Shown here: one piece after another, positions 8,984 to 18,983 of the stretch
Position numbering within the stretch: position 1 is the first letter of the stretch
Layout of the letters: every line of letters starts with the position of its first letter
NCBI GenBank assembly: GCA_964606895.1
Contig: CAZSHX010000017.1
Location: forward strand, 1,723 to 65,722
Reading direction: 5' to 3'
Source: an uncultured Hyphomicrobiales bacterium
GTDB taxonomy: Bacteria; Bacteroidota; Ignavibacteria; Kapaibacteriales; UBA2268
DNA length: 64,000 nucleotides
The notes under the pieces: model-generated
What the model saw: the letters and a program-made list of their open reading frames with translations, nothing else
Databases searched by the model: none
What the model was told of the DNA's origin: nothing
Made by a program: the position numbers and the translations under genes

Positions 8984-10999
8984 TTGATGGATCATTCAAC
9001 AAACGCAACAAACAATTTACCTGAAAATGCGTATCGCGAGCTGAAGCAAGGCGAAATTTACCGACCTGTAATGTCTCCGGAATATAAATTCCCGGAAGTT
9101 ACAACTTGGTCGGTTGCCTGGGGTTTGGTTATGGCAATTGTATTTTCAGCCGCCGCCGCCTATTCCGGACTAAAAATCGGGCAGGTTATGGAAGCGGCTA
9201 TTCCGATTTCAATTCTTGCAGTTGGAATTTCTACAGCATTTAAAACCCGCAAATCCTTGGGTCAAAATGTGATTATCCAGTCCATCGGTTCAAGTTCCGG
9301 TGTGATTGTAGCCGGTGCAGTTTTCACAATTCCGGCACTTTATATTTTGAAATTGGATGTAAACTTTTTCCAGATTTTCTTTGCCGCACTTTTGGGCGGT
9401 TTCCTTGGAATATTATTCCTGATACCATTTAGAAAATATTTCGTAAAAGATATGCACGGGAAGTTCCCATTCCCCGAAGCTACTGCTACTACAGAAATCC
9501 TTATTACAGGAGAAAAAGGCGGCAAACAAGCCGGAATACTTGTTGTAACAGGTTTAATCGGCGGTCTTTACGACTTTATGTTTTCATCGCTTCACTTGTT
9601 CAAAGAAACTTTTACCTCAACAGTTTTTTCTGCCGGACAGTGGGCGGCTGTAAAAGGTAAGATGCTCTTCCAGATGAATGTAAGTGCAATGATTTTCGGT
9701 TTTGGCTACTTAATCGGATTGAGATTTGCAACTATCATCACTGTAGGTTCTTTATTGTCATGGTTCGTATTTGTTCCGCTTATTAATCAAATAGGCTGGA
9801 TAACTGCCGTAAACGGAGTTAATCCGTTCGATGCAATGTCTGCTCAGGATATTTTCTCGAAATTTGTAAGACCTATCGGTATCGGTGCAATTGCAATGGC
9901 AGGTATCATCGGTATCCTTAAATCTTCAAAAGTAATAGGAAGTGCTTTTTCGCTTGCCGTTACCGGAATTTTCGGGAAATCAAAAGTAAAGCCGGGCGAC
10001 GACCTCAGAACGCAAAAAGATATTAAAATGACTTTTGTAATCATGTTTATTTTATTGACAATAGTTGCAATTTTTGTTTTCTTATTGGTTGGTGTTAATA
10101 TCAGCTTCATGCAGGCTGTTGTAGCATTATTAACCATAGTAATAATTGCTTTCTTATTCACCACGGTTGCCGCCAATGCAATTGCAATCGTTGGAAGTAA
10201 TCCTGTGTCCGGTATGACTTTGATGACTTTGATTCTGTCGTCATTCATTCTGGTTCAGGTTGGTCTATCGGGCAGAGAAGGTATTCTTGCCGCTTTGATT
10301 ATCGGTGGTATAGTTTGCACTGCCCTATCAATGGCAGGTGGATTTATCACAGATTTGAAAGTTGGTTACTGGCTTGGTACAACACCAATTAAACAGGAAT
10401 CTTGGAAATTTTTAGGCACTTTGGTTTCTGCCGCAACTGTCGGTTTGGTAATTTATATTTTGAGCCAATCCTACGGTTTCGTAAAAACACCTCTAACACC
10501 CGACCCATTGGTTGCCCCGCAGGCTAATGCAATGGCGGCAGTAATTCAGCCTTTGATGTCTCCCGGTGCCACAATCAACTGGATGCTTTATTTGGTTGGT
10601 GCAGTGATGGCAGTATTGGTTAACTGGCTGGGAATTTCTCCTTTAGCTTTTGCATTAGGTATGTATTTGCCTTTGCCATTGAATACTCCTCTGATTGTCG
10701 GCGGTTTAGTCAATTGGTTTGTTAACAAGAGTTCTAAGGACGAAAAAATGGCGAATGCCCGAAATCAAAGAGGAACCCTGATAGCTTCCGGATTTATGGC
10801 AGGTGCATCAATCTTTGGAGTTATCGGTGCTTTGCTTCTCTTCTTCAAGATTGGGAATACCAGACTTTCTGACTACATTCAGATTGTTACTCCCGCCTGG
10901 AGCGAAAGCTGGGGAGCCGAAGTTCTGGCAATTTTCATGTTTTGTGCTTTAGTGGGTTACTTTATTTGGGAATCACTCAGAGCAAAAATAGAAGATTAA
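8984..10999 (+). CDS. OPT family oligopeptide transporter
   Basis: 671-aa polytopic membrane protein with the OPT-family topology and conserved glycine-rich TM blocks, clustered with peptidases. Confidence 0.75.
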   Translation: MMDHSTNATNNLPENAYRELKQGEIYRPVMSPEYKFPEVTTWSVAWGLVMAIVFSAAAAYSGLKIGQVMEAAIPISILAVGISTAFKTRKSLGQNVIIQSIGSSSGVIVAGAVFTIPALYILKLDVNFFQIFFAALLGGFLGILFLIPFRKYFVKDMHGKFPFPEATATTEILITGEKGGKQAGILVVTGLIGGLYDFMFSSLHLFKETFTSTVFSAGQWAAVKGKMLFQMNVSAMIFGFGYLIGLRFATIITVGSLLSWFVFVPLINQIGWITAVNGVNPFDAMSAQDIFSKFVRPIGIGAIAMAGIIGILKSSKVIGSAFSLAVTGIFGKSKVKPGDDLRTQKDIKMTFVIMFILLTIVAIFVFLLVGVNISFMQAVVALLTIVIIAFLFTTVAANAIAIVGSNPVSGMTLMTLILSSFILVQVGLSGREGILAALIIGGIVCTALSMAGGFITDLKVGYWLGTTPIKQESWKFLGTLVSAATVGLVIYILSQSYGFVKTPLTPDPLVAPQANAMAAVIQPLMSPGATINWMLYLVGAVMAVLVNWLGISPLAFALGMYLPLPLNTPLIVGGLVNWFVNKSSKDEKMANARNQRGTLIASGFMAGASIFGVIGALLLFFKIGNTRLSDYIQIVTPAWSESWGAEVLAIFMFCALVGYFIWESLRAKIED

Positions 11000-11190
11000 G
11001 TATTGAATTGTAATATTATGTCTGAATCACGGATTAAAGGGATTTTGGAATCTCATTGATGGAAGAAAAGAAAATTCTCTGAAATCAATGACATTTTTTA
11101 ATCAAATAAATCTGCGATTCAGGCATCTATACATCTTTAGATTTATATTCAGACATCAGTTTAATACAACTGAATTTTGAATTTAAGAAA

Positions 11191-11385
11191 TTGACTATAA
11201 AAATAATTGAAGCGGCTGAAATTATGATAACTATCGAAAAAGAAAGAGTTATACTTCCAAGAAAGACTTGGGACAGATTAAGAAATGATGAATATTTTGA
11301 GGAGTTTATTCAAAACATCCTTGATACAGAAACTTTATTGGATGCAATGGATAATAATAACGAATTTATTAATATAAGAGAATAA
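11191..11385 (+). CDS. Small hypothetical protein (possible antitoxin-like)
   Basis: 64-aa ORF in an AT-rich gap just upstream of the duplicated lipoprotein genes; no recognisable motif. Confidence 0.25.
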   Translation: MTIKIIEAAEIMITIEKERVILPRKTWDRLRNDEYFEEFIQNILDTETLLDAMDNNNEFINIRE

Positions 11386-11483
11386 GACAGACATCGACAA
11401 GAAAACTAAATATAAAGTTCTTGTCAATAAGAGAACAAGAGAATTTCTTAATCATTTATACTACAATTTGAAAGAAATTTAAA

Positions 11484-11948
11484 ATGTTAAAGATAGTAAT
11501 ACTTTTTTCGACTGCTTTTCTTTTATTTATGGGATGCAGGCAGACGATATATATTAATTGGAGAAGTAATCCGACTTACACATATACTAGCATTTCTTGT
11601 TCTCATTGGTCTAAATTAACTGAGAGGGATGAAATACTATTGTTTGACAATCATATCTATTCAATAAATTCTGATGTTAGTATGTTGGCATCACGGAATG
11701 CCATACTTATTTCTACAGCAGATTATATCAAACATCAATAAAATCTTGACAGCATAGTTAAAATTGTGGGTATGAATTCTGATTCACTATCAATTAGTAT
11801 TTATATTGTTGAGAAGGAAAATAAATTTAAAAATTTTTGGCTTACTAATGAAAATCAGATTAATGCTTATATTAATATGTTACAAAACTTATTGGGTAAA
11901 TATGGGAACGTTCCAATCCCCGAACATTACCAAAGATTCATTAAATGA
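11484..11948 (+). pseudogene. Paralog of the downstream small lipoprotein gene, interrupted by an in-frame TAA (CAA>TAA) at 11739-11741
   Basis: Track ORFs 11484..11741 and 11766..11948 are in the same frame. N-terminus MLKIVILFSTAFLLFMGCRQ and C-terminus LLGKYGNVPIPEHYQRFIK match the intact paralog 12038..12511. Upstream DNA 'ctacaatttgaaagaaat.aaaatgttaaagatagtaatacttttttcgactgcttttcttttattt' is duplicated almost exactly. Confidence 0.6.
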
Positions 11949-12037
11949 TTTTTTTTTGATATATTTAACCTGTTTCCAATAAAATCTGTCAAATTAATTT
12001 ATTTATCATCTAAACTACAATTTGAAAGAAATAAAAA

Positions 12038-12511
12038 ATGTTAAAGATAGTAATACTTTTTTCGACTGCTTTTCTTTTATTTGTGGGATGCAGGCATGTT
12101 GATCGTGATTCTAATATTTATAAAAAGTGTTCGACTGATATTGTGTTTGGTCGGCTTCGTGACTCGAATAATTATGAAGCTGAACAGGATGATTGTGTAT
12201 TTTTAATGGATAGTTCTTTATATTCAGAAAAATCTGATTCACATGTATTACTTATAAGAAATTCATTGATTATTTCTCATGATGATTATTTAAAACATCA
12301 ACAAAATCTTGATAGTATTGTAAAAATATCCGGTGAAAAATCAGATTCATTATCAATATTTATTGATATTTGTATTAATGGGAAAATATTACCGATTAGT
12401 TTACTTAATAATAATCTTCAAATTAGTGAATATGTAAAAATGTTACGCTCTTTATTAGGTAAATATGGACATGTTCCAATTCCGAAACGATATAGGGGGA
12501 TAATTAAATGA
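12038..12511 (+). CDS. Small lipoprotein (signal peptide plus lipobox LFVGC), hypothetical
   Basis: MLKIVILFSTAFLLFVGCRH lipoprotein signal; intact 157-aa paralog of the upstream split copy. Confidence 0.6.
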   Translation: MLKIVILFSTAFLLFVGCRHVDRDSNIYKKCSTDIVFGRLRDSNNYEAEQDDCVFLMDSSLYSEKSDSHVLLIRNSLIISHDDYLKHQQNLDSIVKISGEKSDSLSIFIDICINGKILPISLLNNNLQISEYVKMLRSLLGKYGHVPIPKRYRGIIK

Positions 12512-12571
12512 TTTTTGTTTTGTCTGGTTTTGGGTGGTCGAATAACAAAGATGCAATATAAATAAAAAAAA

Positions 12572-12603
12572 TGCTCGTATAATTTAATCAAAATAATACG
12601 AGC
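12572..12603 (-). terminator. Rho-independent terminator for the minus-strand operon ending at 12665
   Basis: Hairpin tgctcgtat-N14-atacgagca preceded on the plus strand by an A9 run, giving a U-run after the stem on the minus-strand transcript. Confidence 0.55.
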
Positions 12604-12664
12604 AAAAAATAAAATTTCAAAATGAATACTGAAAATCTGCTTGTTATTCTAAAAAACTTGTCTT

Positions 12665-15232
12665 TTAACTTCCAATCTTAATAATTTCAGCTTTAAATTC
12701 AATTTTCTTCACTATGCTTCTAATGAAGTTCTCGACTGAATTGCTGTAATTCATTAGTGTTTGGTTAGCATTTTCCTCTGTTAGTCTGGAAGATATGATT
12801 CGTATTTTTCCATCTTCAAGCTTTTCGGAAAATACTTCGATACTCAATTTTGAAAGAAAGTCCTTAATTGTGTCGAATTCTTCCTGTGTGTTAACGATAC
12901 CGTAGGCAATGACGTAGCAATTAGGTCCGGTACAACCTGTTGCTCCTTCAGGAACATCAGGTTTTTTAGAATCAACAGGTTTATTCGCAGTCTCGTTTTC
13001 ATCTGTTTGTGGGGATTTCTCTGTATTTCTGGTTAACCATGCTTCATATTCATCCTCGGGTGTTCCGCAACGAGTAAGTTTATAAACTTCATTCGCAGTT
13101 TTAGGAATCAGTTCGAAATAAATTGAAATCCTTCTGCTCATCGGATGGTTGCATTTTTCGTTTAATGAAGCATCTTTGCTTAATTCTGAACCTGCAATTT
13201 CGAATGAATCATTTTGGCAAGGTCTGTTTCTGTCGTAAATTCCATAGCCTTCATAATCATATTTGATTTGTCCTTTGTCTGCAAGTTTTCTGAAAGCATC
13301 CGAACGTTTCCTCATGGCATTGTCAATAGTTTTATGAGTGTAGTATGCTCTGAGCTTGGAAAGAATAATATTTCCCTGCTGACCTTCTTCAAAAAGGTTA
13401 ACCCTTTTGCCTGAAGTATTCAAAGCCGAAGTGCTCCTCATTGACCAGCCCTGCGGGATATGTATATCACCAACAGTTATACTTTCGTCAACAGTATATT
13501 TACCCGGCATAAGACGACACTCGTCCGTATAGCCGCGAACACTGATTGCAACTATATCATCTCCACCGCATTTGCTTAAATCATTTGCAATTTTTTCGAG
13601 TTTGCTATAAATATTATTTTCGAAAAATTTGTCAATTGAATTTGTTGTTCCGGTACTGAAATAATCATAATCTTTTGGGTCTATGAATGTAGTATCCAAT
13701 GTTTTCGCATTTCTTCTTCGGTTCAATTCGGATATATTTTCAGAGGTTGAGGGCCACCAGTAACCTGTCACGAAAAACGGTATATGTCCTCCGGCAAGTG
13801 TAACCGTTTCCCTTGTTCTCTTGTAAAAATCACAGTCAATCGTATCGCGGATAATAGTATCATTAATAAAAGTCTCAAATTCCAATATTTTGGGACTGCA
13901 ATTCCCATCGTAACAATCTTTGGTTCTTTGGTCGTAAAGAACTTGATATTTCTTTCCTGCTTCAAGTTTTTCTTCAGCATCTGAAAAGAAATTCTTAGTA
14001 GTACCGCCTACTAATTTTAAAGGATGATTAGGAACAACCTCGTACCCATTCGAAATTATCAGGTGTTTTCCGCCTGAAGTATCAATAAGCCTTTCTCTGA
14101 CCGTAACAACAAGTTTAAGGCAGGGGTCGGGCAATCCGCAACCGTAAATGTCAAGTTTTCCATAGCCGCCTTTAACGTCAGAAGCCCAATAAATAGCTTT
14201 CTTATCGGGAGTAATATAAGGAAACATTTCATTCGCAGGAGTATTGATATTCATTTGAGATTCAGGTCCGCACATACTCTTTCTGCTCAAACTGTTGACG
14301 TTAATAGGATCAGTCGGCAGAACAACACCATCACTGGATAAGAATGTTTCGCAGACAAAAATATCGAATTTAGTTGCAGACAAAGTATCGTTAACTCTGC
14401 TCCAATTTGATGAAAAATAGAATTTGCCGTCGGCTCCCCAATGCGGTGACACTTCATCACCTCTGGTATTAATGGAGTTGAGAGGCTTGGGGTCTCCCCA
14501 ATTATCACCTTTTCTAATACTATACCATATATTTTTATCTGAAGCATTTGCGAAATCAGGTCTGGGCCTGTTCGAAACAAAGAAAAGAGTTTTTCCGTCG
14601 GGCGAAACACATGGCTGACTTTCCCAATAAATGCTGTTAACAGTTGTTATCGGCATTGGATTATCATAGCTCGTTGGGGAAACACCTGTGTTTTTTAACT
14701 CCCATAAATCCAAATTATAGCTAACTCCAAAGGATTCACTCGGTTTTAGATTGTCCAGAGAAGATTCAGCGGCTATTATCATTTTATCATCGTAAAAAGC
14801 AACAGAACCCCTTGTCCATTTTTCAAACTTTTCGTCGCTTGTAGCAAAACGTTCTGCTTTGCTCCAGCCTTGATTTGGACATTTATTCCTTGAAGTTTTC
14901 GGACGAGTGGAATACATTAGCTCACCAGGGTAGAACGTAAGTTTTTTATTCTTAAATTCTTTTTCCCTTGAAGTTGTAAACCAAAGCACATCTTCGTTAG
15001 CTCCGTAAACCACATAAGGAGCATATTCATTTGTTGAATCCACAGGATTGTTAATTAATGAATCAAGTAAACCGCCACCGTTAGGACAGCAGGACAAAAC
15101 CTTAGGGTCAATTTTAATCGGTGGTTTTTCAACAGTTGTGCAACTTTGAAATATTGTAAATATTGCAAAAGTAGTCAGTATTACAATTAAGAAATTTCTT
15201 TTTTTATTTATTTTCATAATGTTAAGCTCCAA
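12665..15232 (-). CDS. Large envelope lipoprotein with PD40/TolB-like beta-propeller repeats, a possible OmpA-like segment and a C-terminal SPOR-like domain
   Basis: Lipoprotein signal (IFTIFQSCTTV). PD40-type repeats (YAPYVVYGANEDVLWFTTSRE; SQPCVSPDGKTLFFVSNRPRP; SPHWGADGKFYFSSNW). Segment AISVRGYTDE... resembles an OmpA-like core. Last ~90 aa (YVIAYGIVNTQEEFDTIKDFLSKL...IRIISSRLTEENANQ) resemble SPOR. Confidence 0.55.
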   Translation of the reverse strand: MELNIMKINKKRNFLIVILTTFAIFTIFQSCTTVEKPPIKIDPKVLSCCPNGGGLLDSLINNPVDSTNEYAPYVVYGANEDVLWFTTSREKEFKNKKLTFYPGELMYSTRPKTSRNKCPNQGWSKAERFATSDEKFEKWTRGSVAFYDDKMIIAAESSLDNLKPSESFGVSYNLDLWELKNTGVSPTSYDNPMPITTVNSIYWESQPCVSPDGKTLFFVSNRPRPDFANASDKNIWYSIRKGDNWGDPKPLNSINTRGDEVSPHWGADGKFYFSSNWSRVNDTLSATKFDIFVCETFLSSDGVVLPTDPINVNSLSRKSMCGPESQMNINTPANEMFPYITPDKKAIYWASDVKGGYGKLDIYGCGLPDPCLKLVVTVRERLIDTSGGKHLIISNGYEVVPNHPLKLVGGTTKNFFSDAEEKLEAGKKYQVLYDQRTKDCYDGNCSPKILEFETFINDTIIRDTIDCDFYKRTRETVTLAGGHIPFFVTGYWWPSTSENISELNRRRNAKTLDTTFIDPKDYDYFSTGTTNSIDKFFENNIYSKLEKIANDLSKCGGDDIVAISVRGYTDECRLMPGKYTVDESITVGDIHIPQGWSMRSTSALNTSGKRVNLFEEGQQGNIILSKLRAYYTHKTIDNAMRKRSDAFRKLADKGQIKYDYEGYGIYDRNRPCQNDSFEIAGSELSKDASLNEKCNHPMSRRISIYFELIPKTANEVYKLTRCGTPEDEYEAWLTRNTEKSPQTDENETANKPVDSKKPDVPEGATGCTGPNCYVIAYGIVNTQEEFDTIKDFLSKLSIEVFSEKLEDGKIRIISSRLTEENANQTLMNYSNSVENFIRSIVKKIEFKAEIIKIGS

Positions 15233-15253
15233 AATTATTAATGTCCCTTTGGA

Positions 15254-17530
15254 TTATTTATGAATATATATTGGATATAATATTCTGAATTCAATGCTTG
15301 AGCGGTTGTTAGAACTGAAACCGCCATAATTGAAGACTTTTCTTAAATATATCATAGCGAGTTCGCAGGGAATACCACTCGAGTTTTTTGAATTGCTATA
15401 CAGCACATAAACATCACCAATTGCAAGTCCACCTAAGCCATTAGGATAAAAATATGGTTGGGTTGTTGCATCTGAAGTAAAATAATTACCGGGACCAACC
15501 CCTGAAACATCGTTTTGCAATTTAATCAAAACAGGATTGATTTTATCAAAATCTTCTTCAAGGAAATTTCTGGCTACCAACTTAATATCTTTGAAAACGT
15601 TTAGTGGATTATTCACGAGATAAATCTTAGGTGGTTTTGGACTACCGACTGTTCCTTCTCCGTTTTTGTTATCAACATTTATATAAAAAGAACCCCAGCA
15701 TGGAGGCTGATTTACTCCGCAATAAGGCTGATAACTTGCATCCCTGAGCTGATAAACAAACCCCGGTCTGTCAACACCGGCAAAAAACATTAATGTATCA
15801 ACTTTGCAAGTTTGGTAATCCGGAGTAGGTTTAATTGCTGTTGTCTGGTCGTAAGCATCCATGTTCCATGGAATTGATAATTTTCCGGCAGGTGCCGCAA
15901 AAGCTTTAACATTGATTACCTGACGGCATTTTCCGTCTGCAGTCGCCAGAACAACAGTAAGATTATAAGCACTATCTTCCCTTGTACCCTGCTTTGTCCT
16001 CGTTCCGCCATTTTGAGTAAACATGCTTTCATATTCAGCAACAGTTGGTGCTACGAAAGTCAGGTTTGGACCTGATGGACTGTTAGTATCAACAGTAAAG
16101 GAAGTTGTATAAGAAAACCGGACAGCATCATACTGGTCTTTACCTGTGAATGTCGCATTAATATCAACAGAGGAACTACACGCATCCCTGGGATAAGTTA
16201 CAGTAATCGGCAATCTGGCAATACTATTAAAAAGTAAAGTCTTCGGACAAACTGCATCCGGTGAAAATGGAGCTTCGGCAGACAAATTAATCGGGGCATT
16301 GCTGAATGGCTGTCCATTTACCTGCGGACAGGCATCTGTGCATCCATAACCAATCATTATAACCTTGAAATTGCAAACAATTCCGCTTGAAAGCCTTACG
16401 GTTACTCGGAATGTATCTCTTCTTTCGCCTGTCTGTGTTGGGCTGAATCTTAATTTGGGCATATAAACATCTCCCTGATTAACAACAGTAGGAAGATTGG
16501 GACTGATTAGCTTCCATTCGCCCGCAGTGGTTGCAGGTGATTCAACACCACTTTTAATCCTGACAAATGATTCCACTGTCATAACACATTTTCTCTGATT
16601 CTGGAAGAAAAGTTCTTCATAATCATAAGATGTTCCAACGGGTAATTTCTGAGGTGTAGTCGGTTTTATTATTATTGTCGTATCGCCTGTCATCGGACAA
16701 TCACATTCTTCAGGAACAACATCAGCATTTAGTGCAACATTCCATGTGGAATTTTTTCCATCGCAGGAAATTGTCAGAGGAACCGAAGTTCTGAATACTC
16801 CGGCATCTTTGGTTGAAACTGAGAAGACCAGCGATAGGCATTCGCCGCTTTTAAGTGTTGCAGGATTGCCGGAAAGCTGTCCTTTCACATATATTGCTTT
16901 TAGAGTGAAAGGAGCATTCGGATTTGGAACTGCAATCGTGTAGTCACTCGGAGGTGTACAGTTCAGTCTGTTGCAAATAATTGTTGTAACAGCATCATAA
17001 CTTGCTACGCCAAGCGGCTGGTTCTGAACAAGTTTCGTATCGGTTCCATTTGTAAATGTAACAGGGATGGTTGTATCGCCAATATCCGTGCAACATACAA
17101 TGGGCGGCGGAGTACATTCATAAACAATATTGACTGTTGTGTCGTTGCAAAGTAAAAATTCACCACGAGGAGTTGTGGTTTTGAATTGATTCTTATACTC
17201 GCCCAAAGTTTGAACAATAATGCCGGAAACAGGACCTTCGCTTGTAAAGATTGCCTTACCGGTATTATCTGCGTAAACTGTTCCGAGAAGGGATTTGTCG
17301 TTAACGCTAATATATTTGTAAATGCTGATTTTGGTTCCGGCGGCAGGAGTTGTTGGTAACCCTGTATTGCAATCCTTGACCATTGCCTGAATGGTTAAGG
17401 TTCGTTTCTTGCTTTTAGATGGTTCAACTACTTCCGTACAGCTTAAAATGAAGAACGCCAGAATCAGTGCTATACCCATAACAGAAGTTAGAGTATATCG
17501 CAGTTCTAATTTATTTCTTTTTGTTTTCAT
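15254..17530 (-). CDS. Large Cys-rich lipoprotein, hypothetical
   Basis: Lipoprotein signal (ILAFFILSCTEV); 758 aa with many Cys pairs and Thr/Pro/Gly-rich predicted beta-rich domains; no recognised catalytic motif. Confidence 0.45.
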   Translation of the reverse strand: MKTKRNKLELRYTLTSVMGIALILAFFILSCTEVVEPSKSKKRTLTIQAMVKDCNTGLPTTPAAGTKISIYKYISVNDKSLLGTVYADNTGKAIFTSEGPVSGIIVQTLGEYKNQFKTTTPRGEFLLCNDTTVNIVYECTPPPIVCCTDIGDTTIPVTFTNGTDTKLVQNQPLGVASYDAVTTIICNRLNCTPPSDYTIAVPNPNAPFTLKAIYVKGQLSGNPATLKSGECLSLVFSVSTKDAGVFRTSVPLTISCDGKNSTWNVALNADVVPEECDCPMTGDTTIIIKPTTPQKLPVGTSYDYEELFFQNQRKCVMTVESFVRIKSGVESPATTAGEWKLISPNLPTVVNQGDVYMPKLRFSPTQTGERRDTFRVTVRLSSGIVCNFKVIMIGYGCTDACPQVNGQPFSNAPINLSAEAPFSPDAVCPKTLLFNSIARLPITVTYPRDACSSSVDINATFTGKDQYDAVRFSYTTSFTVDTNSPSGPNLTFVAPTVAEYESMFTQNGGTRTKQGTREDSAYNLTVVLATADGKCRQVINVKAFAAPAGKLSIPWNMDAYDQTTAIKPTPDYQTCKVDTLMFFAGVDRPGFVYQLRDASYQPYCGVNQPPCWGSFYINVDNKNGEGTVGSPKPPKIYLVNNPLNVFKDIKLVARNFLEEDFDKINPVLIKLQNDVSGVGPGNYFTSDATTQPYFYPNGLGGLAIGDVYVLYSNSKNSSGIPCELAMIYLRKVFNYGGFSSNNRSSIEFRILYPIYIHK

Positions 17531-17570
17531 AATATTTATATCAATTATTTTACAATTTCAAAGATATGTT

Positions 17571-18710
17571 TTAAAAAGTCAGACCGAACCTTAATAGTGC
17601 AGTGTTGCTAAGTCGGTAGAAAAACCTGTCAGCTTCGGGAATGTCAGGACAACATTCAATTCCGGGCAATGGAAGTTTCATTTGTCTGAATCCTGCATCA
17701 ACCGAAAAGTCAAGTCCGCAGGTTATAGCCCAATCGTACCCAACACCAAGTCCCCAGAATAATCTGTTGAAATTAATCGGGGCACCTGTCTGAAAATCGA
17801 AGGCAAGACCAAGGTCGCCATAGAAATACCAAGCATTGCAATTTGTTCCCCATGGGTCGGGCTGTTGGTTGAAATTAATTCTGCCGTGAGCGGCAACCGG
17901 AACAAAGATTGCACCGTCAAAGGGCCAAATCCCTGTAAGAAATCCAAGCTGAAACATTCTGTTTTGAGTAAGGTTCCATAAACCTGCAATTTCAAATCCG
18001 AAAACGATATTCGAGCCTCCGCGGTCGAAGTTAATTAAACTCGGCGGGTAAGATTTCACTTCCCCATTTGACTGAGTATAGCGGATTGTATCCTGCTTTC
18101 CGCGATAGCCTCCCATAATCCTTAATTCCAGTTTATCGAAAAACCAAATGCCGTTTCGGTCGCGGCAACAGCAAACGCAGGGTTCGTCGGCAATCCAGGG
18201 AATTGGCGGCTGAAGAGGATCTGCCTTTTCTGTTATTTCGAAAATATTAGAGGCTGGAATCTCGTAGAGGGTTGATGAACCATTCGGACAGAGAGTATTG
18301 ATGACTATCTTCCCATCAAGTTTGGACAAAGGTCTTTCTTTAAAATAGTCTTTGAAAGCTTTACCTTCCCAATCAATTTTGTTACCTTTGGTCTTTTGTG
18401 AAAGAGGCTTAAAAACAGGCTTTAAGTCAGTTTCAATTGACAAAATCTCTTCATCGGTACATTTACCTATAATCTTGGATTTCAAGGCTACATTCCATCT
18501 GGGTTTGATCTGTTTATCATCGGACTTTCGCTCCTGTTCCTTACAGCTGGGGCAATCAACAGTCGAACACGCTGAAGCGAACAATAAAAATATTGATGCT
18601 ACAAAACTGAGCATCAGTAATTTTTGCAGTTTCTGCAATGTTAACGATTTTGTAAAAAGTGGAAAGAATCTAATCATAAAGCACTCGCGATTTATGAAAT
18701 AAAAATACAA
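17571..18710 (-). CDS. Outer-membrane protein: Cys-rich N-terminal domain plus C-terminal beta-barrel ending in Phe
   Basis: Signal peptide; N-terminal half rich in Cys (CSTVDCPSCK, CVCCCRD); C-terminal ~200 aa with alternating aromatic/Gly beta-strand pattern and terminal ...LLRFGLTF, characteristic of OM barrels. Confidence 0.45.
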   Translation of the reverse strand: MYFYFINRECFMIRFFPLFTKSLTLQKLQKLLMLSFVASIFLLFASACSTVDCPSCKEQERKSDDKQIKPRWNVALKSKIIGKCTDEEILSIETDLKPVFKPLSQKTKGNKIDWEGKAFKDYFKERPLSKLDGKIVINTLCPNGSSTLYEIPASNIFEITEKADPLQPPIPWIADEPCVCCCRDRNGIWFFDKLELRIMGGYRGKQDTIRYTQSNGEVKSYPPSLINFDRGGSNIVFGFEIAGLWNLTQNRMFQLGFLTGIWPFDGAIFVPVAAHGRINFNQQPDPWGTNCNAWYFYGDLGLAFDFQTGAPINFNRLFWGLGVGYDWAITCGLDFSVDAGFRQMKLPLPGIECCPDIPEADRFFYRLSNTALLRFGLTF

Positions 18711-18983
18711 ATTTTAGTTTGCTGAATTTCAAGAAAGAATTAACATAAACTTATTAAAAAATAAATTGTCTCGATAGACATGAATTTTTTAATAGCCAAC
18801 AATGCAATTTAACCAATTTTTTTTAAAAATTTTAATTTTTTCAAAAAAAAATTTCTGAAATCATATATCATCATTATTTTTATAGTTTGATTCCTGCTTT
18901 TTTAATCCTAAACTATAATAAAAACGCTCTGTTTCGTTATAGATGTTTTGTAAATGCCGAATATCACATTAATTGAGTAGAAA

